Part shown: piece after piece, positions 48,660 through 60,608 of the stretch
How positions within the stretch are numbered: the first letter of the stretch is position 1
Layout: each line of letters starts with the position of its first letter
Source: Octopus sinensis
Taxonomy: Eukaryota
NCBI RefSeq assembly: GCF_006345805.1
Contig: NW_021831989.1
Coordinates: forward strand, 558,001-622,000
Length of the DNA: 64,000 nt
Direction: 5' to 3'
Made by a program: the position numbers and the translations under genes
The notes under the pieces: model-generated
The model's input: only the letters and a program-made list of their open reading frames with translations
The model's database searches: none
Told to the model about the DNA's origin: nothing

Positions 48660-49720
48660 TGGGGGAATCCAACTATGACCTGCTTTCAAGTGAATATTTA
48701 TTGACTGTCAGGAAACGTAGGCTACAAGAACATAAACCTGAACTTTGCAAAGGGAGATACGGCTTGTATATTGACCCCGGTTTTTATGGTATGTGACAGC
48801 AGTTGTAGCCATCAACTACGTACGGACCAGCCTTTACCTTCGTTTCGTTGACCACAAAAATGTCCGCACTCGTGGTGGTCAACATCTTCCGAACGGCGTC
48901 TCCTTTACCGGAAAGGACCGGGTTAACAATAAACAGTGTTTCCTTAACAATTTTGAATGATCCATCGAGGAAAACAAGAACTCCATCAGAGTGACTGATA
49001 AGCCTACGTCATCCGACGTAACTTTATGCTCTTCATCCCTGGTCAGTCCTTGGAACAAAGGCGAAAGGAGAAAAATCATTCTTAAATCGATAGATGAATC
49101 TTTTTTTCCTACTGAGAAAGTCCCGGAGGTGTTCCGCCTGCAGCAGTTGGACCCTTCGTCATTCCTGCCTCAGGAAATATTCACGAAGTCGACTAAAATT
49201 TTTGCTCAAAATATGTAATAGATGAACCCTTATGCCATGAAAGAGACGATCGCGGCGATCAGAAGTTATAAAAACAATGCACCTAGATTTGACTTCATCT
49301 CTATGGTGATGTTCAAGAAGGCACCCGGATGTCTGATTCGTATTCTTGTAAAACTATTCAATGCCAGTTGAGACAATAGTCATGTCACAGCTGGCTGGAA
49401 GCGAACAATCGTCCGAATGCTCACAAAGCCTGGTAAACTGAATACATAGGCTGAAGTTATAGAGCAATTAGCCTTATCTCCACAATCTCGAAGATAATAT
49501 AATGAATCATTTTCAATCGTTTATCGGCTTACGCCGAACAAAATAATTTACTCGCGGAAGAACAATGAGGATTTAGACCTGGTTGATCAACAGCTCACTT
49601 TTTCTCGCTTCACGATGAAAAACTGTAAGGCTTGCCTAACGGAGGTCTTTTGGAACATCTGTCAGGTGTTTGGCAGTGTCTGACACTTTGGATTGTTAAA
49701 GAAAGTGGCAGAATCAGATG
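48660..49720. mobile_element. Jockey-like LINE fragment with an inverted 5' part (APE on -, linker/RT on +)
   Basis: 48760-48915 matches 21230-21375 (APE start, - strand). 49200-49700 on + reads FNAS..WKRTIVRMLTKPGK..YRAISL..QNNLLAEEQ.GFR. Confidence 0.7.
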
Positions 49721-49935
49721 ATAAAAAAATATTATTTAAAAAACAAAGACAAATGCATGCCATTTTTAATTATTGAGTTTTCTTTCTAAAAATATTTTTC
49801 TATCAATAGGAAATTTTATAACCACACAATTAATTTTATAATTTGACAACGTTCAATTGACTAAATAATTCTTTAGAAAATTAAAAAAAATTAATACGGA
49901 TTTTAATCAGTTTAGTAAAGTATTAATTTTTAGTT

Positions 49936-50623
49936 TTAGTCTCCTTGCATTAACGAATAAAACTCTAAAATATATGATTTAATTTGTTTTCAACCATTAA
50001 AATCTACTTCTCCTGATCCGTCCTTATCAGTCTCGTTAATCATTTCCTCGATTTCATCGTTAGAAAGATTTTCCCCAAGAGATTTAAGTATATACCGTAA
50101 ATCGTCAACATCAATTTGATTTCTTTTATTTGCTAACATCCTGAAGGCATGTCTTAGTTCAGCTTCTTCTTGATCTTCTCGTATTTTTTTCTCTAATAAA
50201 TTTATAAACATTTCGAATTCTATGTTTCCGTTATCTAAAACAAATGCTTGATAACATAAACCGTTGCAGTCAATGTCATTTTCCCATTTCTTTACTTGTT
50301 CAGGACGCAAATTATGCCCAATCGATTTAAAAACGTTTGTCAATTCTTTAAGTGGAATTTCTTTTCCGTTTTTTTTGTCGATTTCAAAAAAAGAGTTTTT
50401 TACTTCTGATTTATTAATACAAATAATGAAATTTTTCGTAATATTTATTAAAAGAATAATTATTTAATACGCAATTACTAATTCTCATTCTTTTATAGAT
50501 AATATCAGATAAGATTTGCTGTGATTTTTAATGAAACAATAGAAAATATATACTTGTTATATATTCATCAGATATTCTAATTTCCGACTAAAAACATAAA
50601 TATGACTTTAAAACTTGTTTCAT
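49936..50623 (-). CDS. TnC: Troponin C, mollusc/lophotrochozoan type (151 aa, 5 exons)
   Basis: Spliced product MKQSEIRISDEYITKVKNSFFEIDKKN...EDQEEAELRHAFRML..QIDVDDLRYILKSLGENLSNDEIEEMINETDKDGSGEVDFNEFYSLMQGD. Introns at 50588-50614, 50406-50553, 50235-50261, 49965-49994. Only EF-hand IV is canonical. Family assignment is from recalled scallop/oyster TnC sequences. Confidence 0.8.
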
Positions 50624-51099
50624 TTCAGATAAGTGGATTTCATATTATATATAGCATGATCGATTCATCAAAATGACAGATATACGTAGAATGCTGTCAT
50701 ATTTGACAGATATTTCCATAAATTACATGTTTTTCTTTATTATTCTTCAATAATCCGCGGCTTTAATTCCAATGGAAGGCCTACGTTCAGTGGGAGGCCA
50801 GAACATGCATTATTAGAATGGCTAAAAAAAGACTATCGGAGGATGGGAGGAAAGCTTGAATTTTAAGACGACCTAGACGATATTCGAATCCTAGCCAGAG
50901 ACAAAAGGTTATGCGAATTGGTGACAGCGAGAATCTTTTTGGTTGCAGACCCCTTGTGACTGCATAAAAAAATTTGCAGACCGCCAACATATTTTTACAA
51001 TTTTTTTGTCAAAATTATTATTAAAAAGAAAATAAAATTAATAAGAAAGTTGAAGTTGTTTTTTATGCAATGTTATCATTTTGAGGTTCAGTTATCGAC

Positions 51100-51700
51100 A
51101 AACATACTCAATGTCATCTTCAATATTCAATCTACACGATGAGTATTTTTCATATTGAAAAGTGTTGAAAAGCCATGTTTGCATAAATACGTTGTCGGAA
51201 CAATAAGCCACGAATTTAATGAATTTGGGCTCAGGGAAGGATAAAAATAACACATTTCACACCAAAATCTTGACAAATTCACAACAACGGCACTAATAGT
51301 TAATATTAAACAGTTCACAAACTTAATTGTATCCACAAAATCAACTTCCCTGAAGCGATTTGTTGAGTGAATTTATACAAGATAAAACATCTCTCCAGAA
51401 GGCAAGCTTGGATAGCCATCAACTATCCATCAACTTTGAAGTAGATTCCGTACGACATCATCGAGAACATATCTTAAATCTGAAGGTCGTGTTTTTGCAG
51501 TTAGTGCATATCGATGTACCATACAATACAAATGTTTCATTTTCTCGTTAGCCAGTCTAATTTTACCTTTAATGGCAAAATCAAAGCTAATCATTGCTGG
51601 TGCTCCATCGGTTTTAAAAATGCCTTTTAAACATAGATCCATGTAAAGGATAATCCATACTTGTTATTGTATTCAAAGATTTAATTACAAGTCCTTAGCA
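51100..51700 (-). pseudogene. Degenerate Buster/ZBED5-like hAT transposase fragment
   Basis: TDGAPAM, HLYCMVHRYAL, PTTYLCKHGFSTL. Confidence 0.7.
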
Positions 51701-51969
51701 TCCTGACACTTTTCCTAATTAAGATTATTTTTATAATAAATCGATAGATTTGACTTTGCACATTGACAATTTTTTTGATCTTAGTTTTTGGGCAATTATC
51801 TTTAATACTTTAAATATTCTTTGAAATTAATAGAGATAAAAATGATCTCTTTTTATTCGCAATTAAAATTCCATAAATTAACTACTCAGGAAAAAAAATT
51901 GCTAATTAAGGATCTAAGATAATCGACAATGAAATATTAATAAAAAGCAGTAAATAATAAGCAAATTAC

Positions 51970-53666
51970 TAGTAGTATCAAAAAGAATTGACACATAATC
52001 TGAAATTATATATACAAAAAAGGAACTTTGTATTTCCAAACCTTGGCTTCTAGTTCAATGACTAAGCTGTCACTACTAGAATGTTTGAGTATGTCAATCT
52101 ATATCAATAATCAAAAAATATCATACAGGAGGAACGACTCTATGTCTGACTTCGTTGGTAACGAGGTCATCATTCTGAACGATCGGCGACTCTTTATCAA
52201 CAGAATAATGATCCAGTGAGAAAGAAGACAGCTGTATCACTCGACTATTAAGTACGGAAACAGTTTCAACCAAGTTCTTAACCTGGTCTACAAAATTAAA
52301 GAAAAATACCAACCAGATAACATAGCACACTTGGTTTGTTCCAATTCCAACTCAACTCTCAATTGGGTCGTCACGTTGTCAACCCAATCTGATGATATTT
52401 CATCATTTCCTTCCTCAAGAGCAGTCAAATCATGTACGGTAACTTTCAGATCAAAACAAGTACATACCAAATTTAAAATTGCCATGTCTTGCAGGGAGAC
52501 AGTCTTCATTCTCGCTCTCACATATAAATGCTGGTTTAGTCACGCTATTGTCTTGTAGGAATGTACGTTGTTCGTATTCCTCTATTACGGATTTAAGCTC
52601 GCGAACAGTCTCCTCAGAGTTCTGTGAGTAACAGCTTAAAATAAACATTAAGAAGTTTTTGGAGTTTGTCCCTTTCTTCAAACAGATTATTAAGTCTTGT
52701 TTCGCTGATTTCTATCTCCTGTTTATATTTGGAATTCCAGTCATTAAGGGATTCAATTTGTCTCAGCAAAGACGACATCTTAACCTTCAAATCAAAAAAA
52801 TAAAGAATACGTCATTATTCGCCAAATCCATCGACAATTCATCCTTTTCTTTCAAAGTAGATTCCAATTGTGACTAAAAATCACAAAAGTATCAAAAACT
52901 TTGTATATCATTTCACGCTTAGCTGCCATGGAAATCACAGTCTCCTCGTCAAGCCCAGTTAGTGGTTTGGGGCCGAATAATGATAACTGTTCGTGTAAAT
53001 AATTAATCCTGAGAACAAGTTCATTGACCTTGATGTTTTCCTGACAAATATAGCAGTTTAAAAACTTTGAGATGGAAGTTAATTGAATCCTCCCAAATAC
53101 TCAGATTGGACTCGAATAACTCCAATTGTCTTTCCACGTTTTCATGTCCCGTCGTCACTTCCTCGACAAGCATCTCCAATTCCCCCAGTAGTCCATTGCT
53201 GACCACAATTTCTTCATTTTGACTAAAATAAATAAAAAACAATACTTTTCTTTTAAGTCGACTTTGCAGATTACACATGGATGGAATGCTAAGGAAATTA
53301 TTGTTTGGGGAATAACCTCCATCAGGTGTTGTTACACTGACTCCGAATTGGAGGATTGTGTTGTGGAAGATTTCATAAGCAGGTTGATTGTCCTGGTCGT
53401 GATTAATTCTGCGGTTATTTATGAACGTCCCGTTGCTGCTGTTTGTGTCTTTGATGTATACCTGTGATTAAATTAAAATGGATTACTTTGTTATTTTTAG
53501 ACCAAATTATTGCGTGATTTTTTGAAAGAACTCGACATTCGAAAAGTCCGTTTTCTGGACAAGAACTTCCGTCAGCCTGGCGACCGATTATTATTTGATT
53601 TGAGAGGTCCAAATGTTTGTTTTCGAATTTGAAAGACTCTTTGATACATCTTAGGATGAGTTGCAT
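51970..53666 (-). CDS. SLMAP: SLMAP-like protein (N-terminal FHA domain + coiled coil); 3' end uncertain
   Basis: IIIGR..NGLFECRVLSKNHA..|VYIKDTNSSNGTFINN..ILQFGVSV..|FHPCVICKV. At least nine 23-28 nt GT-AG introns keep one frame open through an acidic coiled-coil region. Confidence 0.8.
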
Positions 53667-55794
53667 CTTTGCTTTCTTCTAAATAAAAAAGGTCACCAAC
53701 AAATGCACACTACGATTCGTTAAATTTAATTTATTCGTATAAAGATTAAAATTTTATATATTTAAAATATTTAAATGATTAATTAATTATTATTGTAAAA
53801 TTATTAAAAACTTGTTATTACATTTTCAAGTCGTTAATACTTTTATGCCAGTCCGCTCATCTCTTTAGAAATTGAATTTAAAATAATTTAATTCTTTCAA
53901 ACAATAAATTTATAAAATTCGTTGTCAAGACGAATGCCATTGTTTTCTGCATGTAGAGTCCCAATAGATATTACCTCTAGTAGTCCTCTAAGGGTAGCTG
54001 TTTTCTCAAGGGAGGACGACAGACGTCAGTTAGGGAGCTGCCCACTTGAGACTAAGACAAATTTTTATAAATGTCTGGAATATCTTACAGAGAGCTCTGA
54101 ATCTAAATTTGATGTGGAAATGTTTACTTCCGAATTTAGAATATTCCTATAAAAGGAAAATGTTTAATTTCGCATGGAATTTCTTTATTTGAAGAAATAA
54201 GTCCATACTCGAAAGTCTAAACCTTATAGACTGCAAAACTTTTTATAAACATGAACGGTACATTTTATCGTGGTTGGATATGCTAGTTATATATATCCCT
54301 CTTAATTCAATTCCATCAAATTTTATAATTATATATGCGGGAGAATCAAATATGTTAAAGTAATAAACAAAAATACTCTTTCTTAAAACCTCAAAAATCT
54401 AAATTGGTAGACAATGTTATATGGTCACAATGAATGGAACGTACCCAACCAGCAAATAACCGGAGGTATAAAAATATAAAGATTATGTAACTTTACTCTT
54501 TATTAATAAAAAGAAACTAATTTACTAATTATTTGCCAGAACCTTCAAAGCAAACAGAGGATGGCACTCCACGGATCTCCCTTTTTTTCCTCCTCTTCTC
54601 TGGCACTGTAAACCTCCGAGAAGGTGCAGTATAGCGCCTCTTGCTGACTAAATGTCAGGAAAGACCTGGATAGGCGAGCATCAAACAAGATACTCTCCAC
54701 AATCCTCTTAAGAACAGTTGACCGCATAGAAGCCTGTAGAGATTTATCACAAAAATCTAGGAAATAAAACCGAAGCATGGCAGATGGATTTTATACTAAA
54801 CCTGAGCAATCAAGACATTCACCGTTACTGATCTGATTAAACTTTGCATCGACAGATTGATACGTCTTGGGAAAAAGGTGGACAAGTTCGTTTGACGTCG
54901 TGCTTGAACTCATCGAATTTTGAAAGTAAAGTACTTAAATAAAGATTGAAAAACAGCAACAAAACAACAAAATTGAAAAAACCAGATAAAATTAGTTTTT
55001 AATTATTGCGTCTGCCTTCAGTCGATTTCCCTCCTCTTCAAGCCCGAGCCAATGTCTTCAACGGGCACACTTACCTATTTTACAGGGCAGGCCACTTTTA
55101 TGGTTGTTCTCGAGTCTGATTAGATGGTCTCATTAGGAAAAGCTTTCTCCGCCGTTGCCTTTGCAAACCGGGTAATTTGACGATCTTCGGGTGGGTACAT
55201 GCCAAACTTATATTCTGTAAGCATACTCTCCAATGTTTTCCGAATGACCACAGACTGGCAGATTGAATATTTAGATCCCTTTATTAAAATATTGAGTTTT
55301 AAGGAAATATTAATTGAATTATGTGAATCAATAAATTTAAAAGTCTAATAATATAATTGATAGTTTAGAACTGACTCTCTCTTTGGATATAAAAATTATT
55401 AAATCTTTATGTAAAAGTACTATTTGAGGATCCTCGGTATATGCGTCTATAAAAGCAGCTATTTGAATTAATACTGTGAGCTAAAGCAATAGTGTCGTCT
55501 AAAAAATTTTTTTATTAGGTAGATTGAAAATAACTTTTCACAGAGCCATTCATCTGCAAAATACCTGCCTGATTTAATCGAGCATTTCAGTTAACGATAT
55601 TAATTTTAGAAAAATTTATTATTACGGTCTTGAATTTATTCCGTAAGTAGTTGTTACACTCTCGTTAGTTCTTTTCATTATTATGTTTTTTATTTTGGAT
55701 TATTTTTTAGCTTTTTTAAACTTTTTTTTTCTATCAATGTATTTTTTTAACAAAAGGAAGAAAATATAGGTTAATTAAGGTTGTTTAAGAGCAG

Positions 55795-55955
55795 AAAGGA
55801 TAGCGTGGCTATTACCCCTGACAACGGTTGTTGAAAGGCGTTGAAACAGCCATTCGGTCTCCCTTCTATCTTTCGTCTGAACCGAGATCAGGGATCCAAG
55901 TTTCCTAATGAAAGCGATTGATTCCGGACCAAAGACTCCGGATGACTCCACAAAC
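55795..55955 (-). pseudogene. CRE-clade RLE 3' fragment
   Basis: VESSGVFGPESIAFIRKLGSLISVQTKDRRE. Confidence 0.7.
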
Positions 55956-56779
55956 TATTTAAACTATTTAAAGTAAAGGTATAAACTATTAATACCGTTA
56001 AAAAAATACAGACAGCTTTTAAATGATACTTGTTTTTAAAACGAAAAAAACCTAGAAAGTATATTATTCCCGCTGTAAACAACCGTTGTGGGTTTGATTC
56101 CAGAAGAGGATGGGGTTAATCTTGTCAATGTTTCCCCCCTTGAGGCACAAATGTTTAAAAGAGACCTCTTATTCTCCCTGATTTACGTTATTGATAGGAG
56201 GCTGCCAGGGCATTTACAATCTCTTCATTTTTGAAGATTTGGAGGTCTATGTTGATCAGGCGGCACAGTGTTTAAATGCTAGCTGTTGTCCATTTGGTGG
56301 AAGGTTCATTGCATCTACGATGCTTTGAAGAGGGTTTGACAAGTGACGCCGTCATCAGTGGCCTTCCACTGCGAAACAGAAATCAAATAAAGATCATTTC
56401 CAGGCCCTATCTACGATTAGTTAAAAAAATTAACTCTTTACTAAAAATAAAGTGTTTGTCGTGCCTGTGCGAAGCAGGGAAGATAAGGGTTATGATAAAA
56501 ACGAAAGGCATATCCAACTTAATACTTTAATGATGATAATTAAAATAAAAACACAATTTTAGATTCAAATTAGTGAGGTTTTTTGAATATGTTCAGTAAT
56601 ATTTCAGCATTTAAGTCAACAGATTCAAAAATTTTTCTAGACTAATTTTTTTTAATTTTCATCAGTATCATAAAAATTTATTGAATTATTTATTAATTAT
56701 ATTTATATGAAAATTTGAATATATGTTTTTCCACTGGAAGACCATAATAAAATTATAAAATTACTTGTATTTATTTTAA

Positions 56780-57418
56780 ATGCACAAAGCTTATCATCTT
56801 TATGCGCCAAGTCATAACAAATATTTGCAAAAAAAATGGGACGATCTGAAATATTTAGAGCATAGATGTAGAGTATGATTTTATTAAAATATTTGTTTCA
56901 GGTTAAATCTGCTTCTCATGTCGTCGATAATAAACCTCCACTAAATGTTCCGCATTTGAAGGCTCCCTCTAAAAAAACTAGGGTTAGAATAAATACTAAT
57001 CATTTAGCTTGCAAAAGAAGAACAAGATAATATTGACAAAATGAATTTTAAAATTTTAAATTCAATAAATAACTATAAAAGCACATCATTTAAGCCCACT
57101 TTTTACTCTATTAAAAGGTTATAAAAATTAAATATAAACTTTCTTTAGCCTAAATTCGGAAAGTAATAAGAAAACTGCAGCGACTATTTCAAGTGAAAAT
57201 AGTGATATTCTGAAACGCCTTGACAATGTGAAAAAAGTATATTCAAGAAAAAATTGGGAAAAAGATTTTAAAAAGAATCTCGTTTATATGAACATGATTA
57301 CTTGTTATCCTCTGAATTGGTGGAAATATAAGGTATTCTTAAAAAAATATTCATTATTGATTTTAAAAAGTTCTATTGTTTAATCTACTCTTCTGATCGA
57401 TCTAATGTGATTTCTTAG
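56780..57418 (+). CDS. CFAP97-domain (KIAA1430/hemingway family) protein; last exon uncertain
   Basis: Spliced product MHKAYHLYAPSHNKYLQKKWDDLKYLEHRCR|VKSASHVVDNKPP..HLK..KK..|..|SLNSE..ISSENSDILKRL..VYSRKNWEKDF..MITCYP..WW. Introns of 29, 25 and 31 nt. Absent from the ORF track. Family assignment is from recalled motifs. Confidence 0.8.
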
Positions 57419-57779
57419 GATACCAGAGTAGTCTACAGCAAGTTAGAAAAGTTCCCTCCTACCATGTCTAAAATCTATGGAATTGAAAAAACTAATAAAT
57501 CATAAATTTAAGCTAAATTTATTGACTAACTAATATCTTTAACATTATAATGTTTACAAACGTCATTGATGATTAATGTCTTAATTATTATCCTTAAACA
57601 AATAATTTAATGTAAATAAAATAATCCATTAAAGTTGTTATTTCTATTATATGCAGTTTTAAAAAGGCTATCATGCTATTAAAGTCATTAAATTTCAAAA
57701 AAATTATAATTTTGGCAAAGTATTTTAATACTGCAGTTGAAGAAAGTTTTATAGAGAAATAAAATCAATACTCTTCCAT

Positions 57780-57910
57780 TAGTGAAGACTTCTGGATGAA
57801 ACCAATGGCGGTAGAGACCAGTGTTATTCTTGGAGGAACCCTTGTGAATTTGTTTTGTTTGTCGACTCTCTTATCTCAAAAAGATCGTGAAACCCTAGCA
57901 TTTTCAAGTT
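57780..57910 (+). pseudogene. Short degenerate CRE-clade RLE fragment
   Basis: KPMAVETSVILG...SQKDRE. Confidence 0.4.
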
Positions 57911-58699
57911 GTCATGTTTTTTGGAATAAAAAGTATGTTCTGGTTATTGTTGACCAAATGTATGCTCTGAACATTTACTTGTAGCTTTTCTGCATATGTT
58001 TTAGAGCACGTTGCCACCAATCTATTAAACTTCAAAAAAACTTACAACATCATAATTTTTTTATTGCGGATTTGGGAAAGTATCAAGCAAGGAGGTCATA
58101 TTTGTCAAGTTTTTCGACTTTCATACGTTTTTATATTTCATAGGATGCGTCGTCACTTGAATTAGTTTCATTTAATTTTTTAATAAAATGACATAGCGAG
58201 GAAAGTCTGAATCAGATTGAAGCATCTGAAGATGTAATAAAACAACCATTTCTGACATCATGGCCAATTTCCCAGGGTATGTAATATTAAAATATTGTAA
58301 CAACCTTATTCCTGATGATTTTGTTAGAGCTTTTTTCTTTTCTGTAATTATTTAACTGTAAAAAATTTTTAGGCTTTGACAATTACTAGAAATATCTCCT
58401 CTTGAATACTCAAAAAGCATGTCACAGAGACTAAAGAGAGCAACATCATTGGTAGATTATATCATTTTTCAGGTCTGATATTTATTAAAATCTTGTTTGT
58501 GATCACTGAAAATTCTATTCTGACAAATGAAATTTTTCAACTCATCACGCGATCTCATTGCTAAAATACTACGTTGGCCTGATCGAAATTTGAGCCAAAT
58601 GAGTACGATGGGACCTTGTTGTCCAAACAGTACTTCGAAAGAATCACGTCCACGTGTTGGCAAGCAATAAGGAGAAATGATAATTGTCTTGTAGGGAGC

Positions 58700-59700
58700 T
58701 AGGACGTGGACTGAGTAACATCGTCCACTTTAGTAAACAAATTCTTACTAAAATGCACGACACCTTGTGGAGTGGGTCAAGTGTATCCCAAAGGAAGGCT
58801 GCCATCCTTGTTGTTGAAAAAGTGCGTGGTACTATATTTGGACCATAAAAGGTTACTTATCGGCTAAGTATAATCTGAGTGCTACCCAAGTGAGGTCCCT
58901 AGTAGAGTGCATCAAAATTACGTGATTTTTTCTCGGTTTTCACCATGATCTTGGTGTTTAAACAAATAAAATAAATTGTGTGATGTGCGGCATTCCTCAA
59001 ATGGATCATTCTAACATGGAAATAGTCATTTACACAGATTATATTTTAATTATGGAGTTTTTATGAAAAAATCAATATAATGGAAAAGCACTCTCGTCAT
59101 TTTGAAAAAATTGCTAAATAGTGTCAGGATAAATACTTGTCCTTATCTTTTGAAAAAGTGCTGGTTGTTGGATTGGCAAGAACAGAAGGAAACCTGATTC
59201 TTGTATTAGCATCGAGTTATAAAATCCGTGGAAAATCTAAAATATCTTGGAATAGTTGTGGATGCATCTGGATCATGTTAGACTCATATAATCAACAGAA
59301 ATAACAAAACTACTGCAATGCTGTATACGATTTCGGTTGAAACCGGAAACCTTCCTATACGTATACTCTGCCTGAATAGAGCCCTTCCTGATTTATGGAT
59401 TTTAAGGATGGTTCAAAAGCTATGAAGGAAAAAACTTTGAATTTTTGGAAAAAACGTGAAAATATTTATTAAGATCGGCACATGGCTTGGATTTAAAATC
59501 TAAACTAACCCCAAAGTTGGAGGGATCTGTACGATCCATTGAAAATTGTTACACCACTTAAATCAATAGTCGTGCAAGGAATCATTATTTTGTCGATGGG
59601 ACATCTGCTTTCGTATTAAAGTAGACTCCAATCAGCAAAAAACTTGGTTCTTTTGTTTTCTTGGTTTCGTTTGGTTCTTCTCCTTTTCCCGCTCAATCAT
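58700..59700 (+). pseudogene. Heavily decayed Jockey-like LINE
   Basis: KYLGIVVDASGS and neighbouring segments resemble the C-terminus of ORF2 at 32830-35427. Many stops. Confidence 0.45.
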
Positions 59701-60329
59701 TCATGGATTTTATTTCTTTAGCATAGTCAAATTATTTATAAACTTTTAAGTCTTTTTGAGATAAAAAGACGAAATACTCATCGATATTTTCACAATTTCA
59801 GAAAAGTATCCACATTTTCAAGTAAACATTATGAAGAGACCTTGAATTTCTTAACATAACAATTTATGATTAACAAATTCGAATGTTTTCTTGATATAAT
59901 CCACATTGCAATTAGAGAATTTTCATACTTACTACTGGCACACTGGTTTATTAGCCATTTTTACTTTGCACCTTGACATTGCTTTCTAGCTTCAAGTCAG
60001 TATCTGAAATAAAATTAAATGTTTATATATAATTTTCTCCATGATTTTGATTTCACTTTTAAGAAAAGTTGAGATACTTGTTAATTTTTTTAAGCTAATT
60101 GTCCAGCATAAGTTATATCATTTGTTTCATTTAAGTTTAGTAAAAAATCAAACTGTATTTTTGTTTAAATCTTGAACTTAAAAAATCAAAAACCGTTTGG
60201 TAATCAAAGTGTCTGTAGACCAGCGGTGCTCAACCTGGGCTCAAAAATAAATTTAATAATTTTAATTTTTGTCAATGTTTCAAGAAAGCTAAATCCACTT
60301 CTTCATACTTACAGTCATTAACGGAATTC

Positions 60330-60540
60330 ATTCGTGCTGTTTTTACAAGCAACAAAAAGACCTTGCTTTGCTCCGTAGACATCCACAAAGCCTTCGAATC
60401 TGTCTCGAGGAAGCTCCTATAAGGAAGATATTCTAAACTGAATTTCCGCCGAAACTCAAACTATGAATCACCAACTTCCTAAGTAGACGAATATGAAGGG
60501 TGTGCCTCGGAGGTCCCTGCTCTGGACAACTTTATGAGCG
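60330..60540 (+). pseudogene. LINE RT fragment
   Basis: VDIHKAFESVSR and ITNFLSRR motifs. Confidence 0.5.
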
Positions 60541-60608
60541 TGTCCTTTTTGTTGATACCCACTGGACTTTCCATCAGGCTGTTTTTTTTCCAGGTTACAA
60601 AAAAAACT

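Noticed and set aside
60222-60243. hAT-like end CAGCGGTGCTCAACCTG
   Set aside because: No partner TIR, TSD or linked transposase was identified.
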